Positions 12,077-24,520 of a stretch of 64,000 nucleotides of DNA are shown here, in pieces. This DNA is from Lama guanicoe. Lineage: Eukaryota. The DNA lies in contig MU053881.1 of the NCBI GenBank assembly GCA_013239625.1, forward strand, positions 4,547,957 to 4,611,956. Reading direction: 5' to 3'. Numbering within the stretch: position 1 is the stretch's first letter; each line of letters opens with the position of its first letter. Both the position numbers and the translations under genes were made by a program. The notes under the pieces are model-generated. The model had not been told where the DNA came from and ran no database searches. It saw nothing but the letters and a program-made list of their open reading frames with translations.

Positions 12077-12534
12077 GTTTCCCGGGGCTGCCACAACAAC
12101 TTACCACAAACTGGGTGGTTGACAACAGCACAGTCCTAAAGATTAGAAACCCAAAATCATGGTGTCAGCAGGGCCATGCTTTCTCTGAAACCTCAAGGAA
12201 AAGGTTCTTCCTTGCCTCCTCCAGTTTCTGTTGGACCCAGGCATTCCTTGGCTTGTGGCCAACAGAACTCTAATCTTTGTTTCCATCTTCACATGGCTGC
12301 CTTCCCTCTGTGTCTTCACAAAGTCTTTCCTCTGTGCCTGTCTGTCTCTGTACCTCATCTCCTCTTCTTATATGGACATCAGTCATGTGGGGTTAAGGGC
12401 CTCACCCTAGTCCAGTATGACCTCATCTTAACTAGTTACACCTACATTAAGCCTATTTCTAAATAATGCCACATTCTAAGGTTCTGGGAAAAACATGAAT
12501 TTGTGAGGAGGGGTACAATACTTAACCCAGCACA
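12077..12534 (-). mobile_element. MaLR MLT1 (B/C-like) solo LTR
   Basis: TACCACAAACTGGGTGG...GGTGTCAGCAGGGCCATGC...CCAGTATGACCTCATCTTAAC; candidate TSD ACATA at 12072-12076 and 12535-12539. Confidence 0.9.
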
Positions 12535-13287
12535 ACATACAGGAACAGGAGATGAGAAGAATTCTCTGGATGATGGCAAAGGACCAGCCCAGGCTGACAG
12601 CTGTGTATGAGAGTTGAGGGCATCCAGGCCAGGTTGTGCAGGAGAGATGCTCATAGATTTTGTCAGGAAGGTGAAATCGAGATTTGGGGATTTAATTAAT
12701 GTTTAAACACAGAGAAAACCGAACAAATAAACAGCAGCAACAATAAAAAGGCAATTGTTAACTCTAGGAAAAACAAAAGGTTAGTTCACAGCCCCACTCC
12801 TACAAGGCGTATGTAAATGTATAAAAGAAATAATAAATGTTCATCAAGTCAAAATTACAATATAAATATATGGAGAGGGTGGAGGGGTGGGAAGTGGTGG
12901 ACATGGAGGGAGAATGTAGTGATAAGTCCTTATGTTCCATGGCAATGGATAAGTTAATGAAGAAAGCCAAAAACTGAAAAAGCCAGAGTTAGCGATTCAA
13001 TTACACATAGGGATATGGAGCAAATATTAAGAGAGTTGAAAATATTGGCCCTGGAGAAGGGAAAATGGGAGGGGTGAAGAACTGAGGAATGTTGTTTGTC
13101 TAACAAACCTTGCAGAACTAGTTGAACTATGCATACTCATAACTTCAACTAGAAAAAAAAAATCAAGACAAAAGAGAGAAAGACACCACTTGGGCCAATC
13201 AGCAGCAGCGTTGTCCCCTGCATACCGCACCATAAGTATATCTTATCATTGACATATTTTATGGTGAAATTCTAGAGTCATCTTAAC

Positions 13288-13530
13288 ACAGTGGTGCTGG
13301 GCCATGGGCAATTGCCACCCCAGGGGACATTTGACAATGTCTGGAGGAATTTTTTATTTTCACAACTCAGGGAGAGGAGTGCCACTGGCGTCTAGTGGGT
13401 AAGAGATCAGTAATGCTGCTAAACATCCCACAATGCAGTGTAGTACACAACAACAAAGAATTTGTTCAGCAATTAACAAAAAATAATTATCTAGCCCCAA
13501 ATGTCATGAGTGCCAATGTGGAGAAACTCT
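13288..13530 (+). mobile_element. MER20 hAT-Charlie MITE
   Basis: CAGTGG...CCCCAGGGGACATTTGACAATGTCTGGAG...TGCTGCTAAACATCC...AATTATCTAGCCCCAAATGTCA. Confidence 0.9.
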
Positions 13531-13569
13531 TGCTCAACAGTCAGCTGGAAAGAGAAACTCCATTGAGCA

Positions 13570-14436
13570 AATCTGGGAAAATTCAGTTTCTCTACAGTCA
13601 TGTAACTCTCTGACACCAGATCTGTGATTTTTTTCATTCCCACACTGACCAATTCTCCAGTTCTCTGTGGACGCCAACTGGGAGTCCGACAATCCAATTC
13701 AATTCTACATTACCTACCAGGAGATAGCATCAAATCCCACAAGTTAAGGGCTCAGTCCCATGAGGTGGCCCCCACCGGAGATGTCAGTACCAGACCCCAG
13801 GCCTCCCACACTTCTGATCAAATGGCCACAAATCAGGGTTTCCCATGACTCCCTCCATAGGTTCAACAACTTTCTAGAATGGCTCACAGAACCCAGGAGG
13901 GCACTTGACTGATGTTTATCAGTTTACTATAAAGTATACAACAGCCATATAGAAGAGATGCACAGAGCAAGTTTGGGGGTGGGGGATGTCTGGAGCATCC
14001 ATGCCCTGCCCAGGTGCACCACCCTCCCAGCATCTCCATGTGTTCACCAACCTGGAAGCTCTCTGAACCCCATCCTTTTAGGTTTTTAAAAAGGCATGAT
14101 CATGATCAATTAAACCACTGACCATTGGTGACTAACTCAACTTCTAGTCCCTCTCCCCTCCCCCCAAGGAGGTCAGGTGGTGGGGCTGACAGCTCCAACC
14201 CACTGATCCCAGCCATTTCCCCAGTCAACCAGCCCCCATCCTCAGAGGTTTTCCTGAAGTCACCTCATTAACATAAATTTTGGGGTGGTGGGAGGGAGCC
14301 TGTTATGAATAACAAAAGACATTCTTTGCATCCTTATCCCCCTCTTCACTTAGGAAATTCCAAGGATTTTAGGAGCTCTGTGCCAGGAGCAGGGATGAAG
14401 CCCAAAATGTATACTTCTTATTATAAAATCACCACA
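13570..14436 (-). mobile_element. MER21-like ERVL LTR
   Basis: Ends AGGAAATTCCAAGGATTTTAGGAGCTCTGTGCCAGGA...CTTATTATAAAATCACCACA; internal AGGGCTCAGTCCCA and CTAGAATGGCTCACAGAAC. Confidence 0.85.
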
Positions 14437-14529
14437 TCCCAGGAAGTTGCTGAGCTCCTCTAGGTAAGAAATCACAAAGAGCCGAACGAAGAGGGTTCTA
14501 AGGCAGACTCCACAGAACTTGAGACAGGG

Positions 14530-14880
14530 TGTAGATGGTGAGAGCAGAGTCAAGGCTGAGTTTTACCACTTGGGTATCTGGGTGGATGTTGATTCCAAAA
14601 ACCAAACCCAGGAAAAGGGTATAGAGGGAGAAGAAAAATAGTTTAACTGGGCAAGTTTCAGTTGAGTTACTTGGAGGCTAGGGGAGGTCAAAGTGACGAT
14701 ATTTAGTAGGTAGGGTTCTGGGGTTTAGGACAGAGATCGGGGTGGTGGACATATATGTGGCAGTCACTACATTTAGAAGTAGGGGAGGGTATTTTTTTAA
14801 GCCACTGTTGACCCAAGACCTAGCACAGTGGCTGACACTTAATAAAAGAGGCATATGAAAGCTGTATTGGCTGAATGAAG
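14530..14880. mobile_element. LINE-2 remnants
   Basis: GAGTCAAGGCTGAG...ATCTGGGTGGATG, plus the L2 tail CCTAGCACAGTGGCTGACAC...TGAATGAA. Confidence 0.5.
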
Positions 14881-14890
14881 GAAAACCATG

Positions 14891-15300
14891 TGTACCAGCT
14901 TCCTGTGGTTGCTACTACCATAAACTAGGTGGCTAAAAACAACAGAAACTTATCCTTTCACAGTTCTGGAGGCCAGAAGTCTGAAGTCAGTGTCACTAGG
15001 ATGAAATCAAGGTGTTAACAAGACCACACTCTCTCCGGGAGAGAGTCATTCCTTGCCTCTTCCAGCTTTGGGTGGCTGCCAGCATTCTTTGGCTTGTGAC
15101 CACATCACTCAGGTCTTTGTCTTCACATCACCTTCTCCCGGTCTGTGTCTAATCTCTCTCTGCCTCTCTCTTAAAAGGACACTTGTGATGGTATTTAAGA
15201 CCTTCCCAGATAATCCAGGAAAATCTCATCTCAAAATCCTTAACTTAATCACATCTATAAAAACTTTACCATTTAGGGTAACAGTCACATTTTCCAGGAA
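14891..15300 (-). mobile_element. MaLR MLT1 LTR
   Basis: GGTGGCTAAAAACAACAGAAAC...CACAGTTCTGGAGGCCAGAAGTCTGAA...ATCCTTAACTTAATCACATCT. Confidence 0.9.
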
Positions 15301-15399
15301 TATGCTGGAATAACTCGATATCCTTGGGTACCACCTTTCAAAATAAATCTTAAAATCCTGAAACTGAAGACATTATGGGAAGGCTGACTAACCTAGCGT

Positions 15400-15922
15400 T
15401 GTGGTGGTTTTAAAATGTCCACAGACTGTTTGATAGCCCTGTCTTCAAGAGGTGGATTCTAATTTCCTTCCCCTTGAGTGTGGGTTGGACTTAGAAACTC
15501 ACTTCTAACAAACAGAAGAGAGTGGAGGTGACGGCATTTGGAGACTAGGTCATACAAGGCCCTGGGACTTCCTGCTTCCTCACTCTCCCGTCCATCACTT
15601 ACTGTTGGGACGGCCATCTGCCATATTGTAAGGATGCTCAAGTAACTGTGTGAGAGGCCTATGGAGGGAGGAACTGAGGCCTCCTGCCAACAGCCACATG
15701 AGTGAGCTGATTTGGAAGCAGATTCTGCAGCCCCAGGCAAGCCTTCAGCTGCCTGAAACCTGGGCTGACATCTGCCTGCAGGCTGACAAAACACACTGAG
15801 TTAGAACCACTCAGATGCCCCAGACTTTCTGACTTGCAGAAACTGTGAAATAATATGTGCTTCTTGTTTTAAGCCACTAAGTTTTGGTATCATTTGTTAT
15901 GCAGCAATAGGTAACCAATACA
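15400..15922 (+). mobile_element. MaLR MLT1 (E-G-like) LTR
   Basis: TG...CA termini; GGAACTGAGGCCTCCTGCCAACAGCCA and TTTTAAGCCACTAAGTTTTGG...GCAGCAATAGGTAACCAATACA. Confidence 0.9.
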
Positions 15923-17319
15923 AACGGGCAGTGAGAAAAAGATGAAAGCAGCAACAGCAAAGCAAAACCAAATGGTACATGAGGAGGCAAGATGTTCGTG
16001 GGGATGGCAGGGCCGAGGTAAGAAATTCAAACAATGACGGTAAGGATCCTGGAAGGCTTTTGAGTCTGAGTTCCTCTATGAAAACGTGGGCTATGTTACA
16101 TATTTCCAAAAACATTTGGCCAGAGGATGAAAGCAGAGAACTGAATTGCATTAGAAAAGATGCATATTCTAAGCTAGCATAGTGTCAAAAACATAGCAGG
16201 GGGGAAAAATAACCATAAGAAAACAAAACTCAGTAGCTCACACTCCAGCATTGCTCGGTTTTTCTGCGTGCCCCTAGCTCTGTGGTCCTAATCAAGATTT
16301 ATCTTCGTGTCTAATGATATAAGATGCAATTAGGTATTACTATGCCTATTTTAATGAGGAAACTGATGCTTCCAGAATTGACGTGGCTTCTCTATGGTTC
16401 CACGGAGCCAGGACATGAACCCAGATCAAGCTGATTTCAAAATCCAGGCTAATCCCACGGCACCACCCCTGTCTCTTTGTAGAACATTTATTTACATTCC
16501 TTGGGATTTTTTGAATTCTCTTCCCTCTGCTTTCTTACTAAGAACGCTGCCAGCGTTCCTCTTCCCCCAACCCTTAAAAAAAAAATCCTTTAATGATCGT
16601 TCATTCCAGAAATTAAGTGTCTACATATTTGACTAGGGGGACTGAGAAAGCGCTGAGAGAGCTGGAATGCAGGAACTATGAATTGAAGTCTTCTTCAAGA
16701 CTCTTCCTCGTTCTCTTTCCCCCGAGTCTGGACGTGCAGCTATTCTGCCTGGCAACCTTCCTTCTCCCTCCGCATCCCCCGCAACCTGCCCGGAGCCCTG
16801 TCTGGCGGGAGCACAGCATTGTCTCAGCTCCCTTCCCCCTGGAAAATGTTGAGTCTGCGTTGACACTGACACCCATTGGGGGACTGTGCAGCTGTTCCCA
16901 CGCAGCCAGCCCCAAAGGCCTTCCGGAAATTGTTAGGATTCACGCGCCTTCTGTATGCCTGGCAGCTCTACAAGGCCTGGCACCCCACGACTGTGGCTGG
17001 GGTAGGGATCTGATCTTCTTCTACATTTGCAACTTCTTTTCCCCTTTTCTGAATCCCTGCAGGTCCCGTAAATTGAGAGTTAATAGCTAAGGAAGACAGG
17101 CACTTCCCTCCTGTATGTAGAATAAGCAGGGGCAGGCAGACAAGGTGACATCTTTTCTTTTCTCTGTGGTTGTAGATAACTATTATCATTATTTAGATCT
17201 CATCTGGCTTAAGTGGCATAAATCCAGTTCCAACTGGATTTGGCAAAAAGGGGAGTTTAATAACAGGGTATTGGAGTGTCTCCAAGAAAGCTGAAGAAAG
17301 GGCAGGCATGCTGCCAAAT

Positions 17320-17435
17320 GGGTCACCATGTACAGTTGTGCAAGCTGCGCACTGCACAACCCCGTGGACCACTATCACAAGGTGGTCATATGAATGGCAC
17401 TTCCTGGAGGTGTGCAGAACACAACTTGTCTAGCT
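17320..17435. mobile_element. MER91-like hAT-Tip100 MITE
   Basis: TACAGTTGTGCAAGCTGCGCACTGCACAAC with inverted partner GTGTGCAGAACACAAC. Confidence 0.65.
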
Positions 17436-19533
17436 CCTCCCAGTGTGCCTTCTCCAAGTTTCAAGAATAACTGGAAGCAGGGTTTAAGATGCCACCAGGA
17501 CTCTCTCCCCATCTCTGAAATGGGCTTCTCTCGAAGTATTGACTCAATCCTGCCCACCATGGGCTGGTTTCATCCACGTGGTAAATAAATTGTCTGTGGA
17601 TGGTTCCTTACTGCCAACGTCAAGGAGGCACCGACTCGTGCTGTTACTGGTCCCGACTTCAAAACTTCTACGGAAGGGCTGTGACTGATGAATTTGAGCT
17701 TGGTGTCCATCTTGCCACAAATCAGGGAGCAATATGGCTGGAGGTGGGCAGTGCCTTTGCCTCAGCCTGAGTCAGATTCCCACCTAGAACCAGTACGTCT
17801 GCTCAGCAGGAGGCAGGAGATGTCCAAGCATTCCCTTTGAGGGAATTAAAAGCTTTTAACCCCTGCTTGTTTGTCTTCTTTTTTTTTTTTTTAATCTCCA
17901 GAGCCTTGTAGGAGGTCTAAATACCTCATAGTAGGTAGGACAATGTGGGAAGAAAATTGCTCCAACTCAAGACTGGGTGTGTTAAACTAACCTCCTCTGG
18001 GACTTTTATCTGATGGAGTCTTATGAGTTTGGCAACATGGGAGCTACATTCATAATTTGAATATTTGGGGGGGACATTATGATCCTTGTGTAGTCACATG
18101 CAGGCAGCTCTCAAGCTTTCTGTCCTGAAGGCAGAAAATACCAATTCTCTTCCCAAATTAACTGCCCACAGATGTTTGATAACTGCCTCCTTCAAGACAC
18201 CAGAGAGAAGAAATAACAATCTCATAAATGTTCAATTCATCCCCTCCCACCCCCTCCCAAGTCTCCCACCTCCAACATAAGGTTGAAGGGTGTACCCCTC
18301 TCTTGCCCTTTAATGTTATTACCCCCGATAGCTCTCTCCCCGTGTCTTTTTTGAACCTCCAACTTTTCACCCCAACTCTCATCAGTCACCATAGCTTAGG
18401 AGTTTGAGCCAGAGAAGGATTCTCCGGGTGTCATGAAATCAAGGGGTTACCCTGAAAGGGACTGGGGGGATGGCGTGGAATGAAGAAAAACAAATACAGC
18501 TGCCACGTGCCATAAATATTCTTAGACCATTTCATCCCCATGGAACAAGGGGGTGCATGACTACTGATGACCAAAATAAATAGTAATCAATTATGATGAT
18601 GGTAATTATGCTTTTGAAATTAGCCTGGGAAAGGATGACCGAGGCAATTTTTTATTCCAGCCCAGGAAAATGGGACGCCAGCTGGGGCTAATAAGAGCTT
18701 TCATTAAAGCACTGAGTTTCATCCAGCACTGCAAAGAAAGCCCTCTCTGTCCTGTGACCCGGCCCGGCCCTGACATGCCTTCTGCTTTTTAACAAGAACT
18801 GAAAGGTGGTGAGACAGACAGTTCTTGCCTTGGCACCGGGCGAAGGCAGCCTTTGAAAAGGCAGGGATTATTTTCAATGGCTCCGGGCTGAGGAGTTTCA
18901 TTTCCTTTGCCCCCTGTCTCCATGCGCCCGGGTTCCAGCACCAGCGAGGAGGACCTGGGGCTGACTAGGTCGGCTGGCAGCGGTGGATGACCTGGGGCAG
19001 AGGGTCTGGGCCGGGGAAGACGGGACAGGGCAGTCTGTAGCCACTGGCTGGCTAGGGAGACAGAAGGAGAAAAATATGTGGTTTCCGTACAAGGGACGTG
19101 TGTCTTTCCCCGCACCTGAGTCGCTCCAGGAGCTGTTGTGGGGATGGTCACTAATATTTACCTGCCAGCCCTTCCACCCCAGAAAGCATATTTACCCAGG
19201 CACAGGGCAGCCCTCAGCCCCGCCCCGCCGACTTCCCTGCCCCTGCACAGCCAGCACCCTCCGCAATCTCATGGAAGTCGCTCACTACTGGCTCCTGCCT
19301 CGGTTTCCCTTTCTGCCCCTCTCCCTTTCACTTGATTTCTTGCTCTAGTTCTCTCTTTCTGTGAAGAAACTAAAGAAGACCTCTCGCTTAGCCACCCGAG
19401 CACAGCTGAAAAGTTCAAGGGTCAGTGAGAATAAAATTCCCCTTTTGAGTTCTGACACAGACTCACTACCCAAACCTCTGATAGAGGTTCATTACCTAAA
19501 CCTGGATCAAAGTCTCAAAGCCTCACCTTCACC

Positions 19534-19745
19534 CAGTGGCTCTTGGCCAGGAGCGATCTCCGCCCCCTGCCCCCCTCCCCACCATGTCTGGCAGTGCCTG
19601 GAGACAGTTTTGACTGTCACAACCGACTTGGAGAATGCTACCAGGATCTATCCGTGGGGGCCAAGGATACTGCTCAACATCCTACAATGTACAGCGAGAA
19701 TGATCCCACCCAAACTGTCAGCAGTGTCGAAGCCGAGAAGCCTTG
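19534..19745 (+). mobile_element. MER20 hAT-Charlie MITE
   Basis: GGCAGTGCCTGGAGACAGTTTTGACTGTCACAAC...GGCCAAGGATACTGCTCAACATCCTACAATG. Confidence 0.85.
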
Positions 19746-21049
19746 GCTTGATTAACAGCTAAGCAAGCATCTAATCACCACCACCACCAACGCCCCTCCG
19801 CTCCAAGGCCGGCCTCCTGGAAGGCTGCGTGTCACCGGCATGTGGCGGTCTGAAGGCACCAGCCGGAAGCTGATCTGCACGCCTGCGCAGTAAGTCATCA
19901 GTGACCCCGCCTCCTGGCAACCGCTCTGGCCAATCAGATTAGCTGCTTCAGGCCACAGAGCAGGGGGCAGACGCTCCCCTCCTAGCACTTCTGCCAAAAG
20001 GGAGGAGGTTCTTCATGTGTGAGCAGAGGAGGCACTTGGGGAGAAAAGAGGGCCCCTCCATAGGCCAACTCAGGTTGTCTGATTAATTTCCAGAGTCAGA
20101 TGGACCCAGGGGGTGCTTCCAAGAGATTCGGGTATGGTGGAGAGTGAGAACCGAGTCCCAAGACATGGATGGCCCTGGTCTCAACATTCACTTGGCAGTT
20201 GCATGTTGCTTGGCCTGCCCTATTTTATTCCATCCATACGGCAGGAAGCAAGATTTTCATTCCCTCTTGGCAGACAAGGAAACCAAGTTTCGGGAATATT
20301 ATGTGACTTGTCCGAGGCCACAGATCAGGCCATTGGAGGATCTGGGGCTGGAACCCAACCCGATCTAAAATAACTCGGAGTCTCCCTGGATTCTGTGTCT
20401 AAAGAGGGCCACAGACCAGGAAGGGACTAGGCCACAATGACTGGATGGACTGAAGGGAGAGGCGGGCAAAGGTGACCTCTGATGGACCCTAGGTGCTTTG
20501 GTCTGGAAAGATCGGGGCTGAGAGCAGAGATCCAAGGGCTGGAATCTTATGAAGGTTGTGGAGAGAATGAACACGTGCTCTATCACCAAATCCCCATACC
20601 ACAAATTTGTGTCCCTTTAATCTTTGACTAGGTTTGACAGTAATCTTGTAAAACTCATCAACTCAAAATCAAATGGAGTTTATTTAGACTTTGCATAAGC
20701 CTTAAGACTTGGGTAGCAAGAGCAGAAGACTTTGATTTACTGACTACTGACTACATGCGAGGCTCTCTGCTAGACCTACACATAGATGATTTCATTCTCC
20801 CTTCCCCAGAACCCCATGAAATGCCCTGAGCCCCAGTTTTGGGGACCAGGAAACTGCCAGGGGCAGAGCCAATGGCCCAGAGCCCTGGCACGTACTTCTG
20901 CATAATGCCCTGGAGCTTGGCAGGATCAGTCATGACTGAGGGGTACTGGCTGTAAGCGGGGACAGAGCTCCCCTGGGGCCACCATCAGAGAAGATCCTCA
21001 AGGGACCCCACAATATTGCCCTCCAACCCTGAGTGCTTCTAGAGACCAA

Positions 21050-21500
21050 ATCCTAAGGTGCACACCCAGTGAACCCAGATAGTAAATCAGACATTGGCTT
21101 CTAAATAGCCCACGCACACCAGGATGACTCTGCTCTCCATTTGTTGTCCGCAGAAAAAGGGCCTGCTCTTTTTTTTTTTTTACCCCCTCTGCACTGACCC
21201 ATTCCAGGGTCAGCAAATTCTCCCATATAGACACCCTCAGGCTGCTGCTTAAGCCTATTTCCTCTTCCCAGTTCCAGGGTGAAGACGAAGAACAGCTGGT
21301 GGCCACCGTCTCTAAGCATCTTTCATAAACCTGAAGACCCATTATGTAATCAGCCCTCTCCCAGTGAAATGATCTCAGTTCTTTTCCACGTTTCTCAAAG
21401 ATGATTCAAGTTTCCTTGGCAAATCAGTTGACCCCTTAGGAAGTTCTCTCCGCCCCTCTTAAGGCGCAGAGACCACAGTCAGACATGATGTTGAGTCCAT
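21050..21500 (-). mobile_element. CR1/L3 LINE remnant
   Basis: GAAGAACAGCTGG...CTTTCATAAACCTGAAGAC...CAGTTCTTTTCCAC...CTCTTAAGGCGCAGAGACCACA resembles antisense L3. Confidence 0.55.
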
Positions 21501-21569
21501 TCCTTTGTAGAGCAAGCGTTCTCTCACCAACGTGGTCAGAGGGTAACTTCCCAGTAAAACTAACAGGGG

Positions 21570-21780
21570 TGGAAAGCTCAAAGATGCCTAAGTTCAAGTC
21601 CATGCTTCTCCTCGCACTGGCTGTGTGACCGCAGGCAGATCATCTGGGCTTGCGAGATCTCCATTTCTTTTATCTCAAAGCAGAAGAAATGACTTTCCCA
21701 TGAGACTCTAAGGAGATAATGTAAATGAAGTCCTTGGCACCAGTAGGAATGCTCTACTGGGTAGCAGTTGTGACTTTACT
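21570..21780 (+). mobile_element. MIR SINE
   Basis: AGTTCAAGTCC...CTGGCTGTGTGACC...GAGATAATGTAAATGAAGTCCTTGGCAC. Confidence 0.65.
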
Positions 21781-22653
21781 ATTATGCCCTCCTCTCCCCA
21801 CCCTGAAGCCACTTTCTTATTTGCAGTTCCCCTGAGTCAAACAAAGACAGCAAACCAAAGATAGGAAGTTCCTCACTGGCCCTGTCTGTCTCCCGAAGAA
21901 GTGAGCCCGCTGTCCTGGACGTGTGTGAACCAGACGGCTCACACCTCCCACGGGTGTTGGAGAAGGGGCTCCTATTTTGGGTGAGAATGGGCTTGGTGAC
22001 CTCTTAAAATCTCTTTCAATTCAAGGTTCTATTTAGAACCCAGGACAACCCAGGCTCTCACCACTTATCCATTTTCCATAAGGAATCCAACCAGATGGAT
22101 TTCCTATGCAGGAGAGATGGTACCCTGTACCCATCCCTCCCTCATCGGACGTGTCTGTGCCCCAACTTCCCACTCTCTCGTGCTGCCCCTGGTAGTCTTC
22201 CTCTTTCAAACCCCCCTGCAAATGTTCCATCTCCTTTCTATTGGGTCAAGCAATGCAGCTTTGCCCTCAAACATGTCTAATGCAGCCAGTTCAACTCTAG
22301 CCAGCCAGCAGGATCCACCCTCCTGAGAAGGCAGTTTAGAGACCAGCCACTCTCCCTGGAGCACAGGCTTAGGAGTCTTGCTCCACAACCAAAGAGACTT
22401 ATCAGAGAATTCCTTTCCTTGACACACGGATTTTTTCCAAGTGAAATTCCCCTAATATAATTTGCTCCGTCTTCTTTCATACAATTTAATGATTTCTGTC
22501 TCCACGTCGAAGAGCTTGTATTACCACCTTGTAAAACAAATCATGCCAACAAACATTTATATATGTATATATTTTAAAAACCCTTGCATTTTTCATCTGT
22601 TGACTTTATGGCACTTTTTGTCTGGAAACGTACAGCATCTAATAGAGCTAGGC

Positions 22654-22686
22654 TGCAGCATCACAACTTGCCGACAGGTGGCACCA
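22654..22686 (+). promoter_or_regulatory. Candidate CTCF site with upstream module
   Basis: TGCAGCATC-N5-TTGCCGACAGGTGGCACCA: a core like CCASYAGRKGGCRS plus the TGCAG upstream motif at canonical spacing. Confidence 0.6.
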
Positions 22687-23947
22687 GCTCACACCCTTTC
22701 ATGCATCACCATGAAACACATCCGAGCTTGAGGGTTCAGGTTATGTGAAATAAATGCATGCTTCTCTGCTTTGAGAAACTCAAAACTTACCGACCCTCCT
22801 TTCAGTAAAAGGGAGTCGCTGAACTGGACTCCGTTTTTCCAAGGCTCTTGTTGACAGAGCGCTTTCTCGGTAACCTTGCCATGTGGATTTCTCAGAGATC
22901 CCTTCCCCACAGCACAATTTAGCCTCTTTCAAAAGGTTAACCCTGCCAGGTCGTAGTCAGCAAGTGTTCCCAACAACTCTTAGGTCACATGTCAGGGAAA
23001 CCTTCAAGGGCAGAGACCCCAGAGTGCAATGACTTTGCTGTTAAGGCACAGGCGTGGCCGTCTGCTGAGAGGAGCTGGCCCCCTGCCTCTGGGTGCAACG
23101 TGCTTCCTTCTCAGCCAGGAGACAACTGCCTCAGCTGGACGCTGCCCGCCTATGTGGTCCAGGTAGGCAAACTCCTGGCTCCTTATAAATCCTCCCTCAC
23201 AGTTATAATTTCTAAAGGCAACTGCAAAGCACCTCTGGGGCAAATCAAAGGAAATGCACTGGACAGCATTTGAAAAACAGTCTAGGCCAACATACTGCCT
23301 CCATCCATCTGGGACTGGGACTTAAATTTAAGGTGGACCTCACCAGGAGTGATTTCTTCCCCAACCTCTGCAGCTAGGTGGGGACGTGGGGCTGGAATGA
23401 GTTAGAGGGGAAAGTTAGCTCATAGTCTTTTTTGTGCACTTTGGTCAGTGGCCTGCCTCTAAAAGATGCCATGCAGGCTTTTGCTTGTTTTGGTGGCAAA
23501 TGACCCACTATGACACGGCTTGATAAATGGGAAAATCCCTCTCCTATGCTTATTTCTTTTCTGCATACGCTTCCCTGTCCCCCTTGCCCTGGCCTGTGAG
23601 CTTCTTGTTCCTACCAAAGTTGCCAATCAACCAGAAAAGTTAATTTGTCAGACAGGAAATAACATCGGATTCTCTTTGGAAAAGAGGTGCTGTTTCCTGG
23701 TTCCGGAGCATCCAGCATCCACAAAAGCCTTGTACACTGCCTATTTGTATGAACACAGTCAGATGATGAAGAGGGGCTCCTGAAGGAAAGCAGCCCTACA
23801 CGTGGGCAGAGCTCTAAAGTCACATGCTGGTTTATTCAGTTATTCCCTCACTCATTTACTCAACTAATCTTATATCACACCCCTGCTTGGTTTCAGGGCT
23901 GGTGCTGTGGGCTGAGAATTCAGAGATGGGGAGCATTTGGTTACTGT

Positions 23948-24520
23948 GTGTCAGTCAGCAACTGCTGCATAACAAGCTACCCCAATATTTAGCAGATTAA
24001 AACAGCTATTCGATGATGCTTCTATATTCCTTGGTCAGGGATTCAATCAGGGCACTGCAGAGTTGGCTCCATGATATCTGGGACCTCAGCTGGGGAGACA
24101 CAAAGCCCACAGGTAGCTTGCAGCTGGGGAATGAAATTGTCTAAAAGTCTGGGCTGGGATGCCTTGAAGACTCAGGCTGCCTGCAGACCAGAGCACCCAC
24201 ATGTGGCCACTCTGTGAGGCTTGGCTTTCTCACACATGGTAGCTTCAGAGAAGTCATACCTTTTACCTAGGGCTCAAAGCACAAGTGTCCCAGGCAACAG
24301 GGAAGAAACCACATGACCCTTTAGGATGCAGCGTAAGAAGTTACATAGGATCCTTTACCCTATCCTGCTGGTCAGAGCCACACACAGATATGTAAGGGGA
24401 GGGGACACAGATCCCACCCCTCCAGTAAGAGAAGTGTCCAGTTCCACTGCAGAAAAGCATGGGTGATGGGATGCTCTGTTACAGCCCACTTTGGGAAATG
24501 AGATTTGCCACTCACTGTTC
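23948..24520 (-). mobile_element. MaLR MLT1 (H/I-like) LTR
   Basis: TGCTGCATAACAAGCTACCCC...GGTCAGGGATTC...CACCCACATGTGGCC...TTACAGCCCACTTTGGGAAAT. Confidence 0.8.

Larger units (their letters stand above)
9835..13160 (+). mobile_element. HAL1-like (half-L1) element, degenerate, interrupted by two LTRs
   Basis: A-rich ORF1-like remnant at 11150-12070 (ATGAAATTTCAAGAATACTGGGAATAAAG, CAACCTAGAGTTCTACACCCAGCC), then HAL1-type 3' blocks (GGAAGCCGCTGGAAGG, GGATGATGGCAAAGG...GACAGCTGTG), with no ORF2 remnant. Confidence 0.65.
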
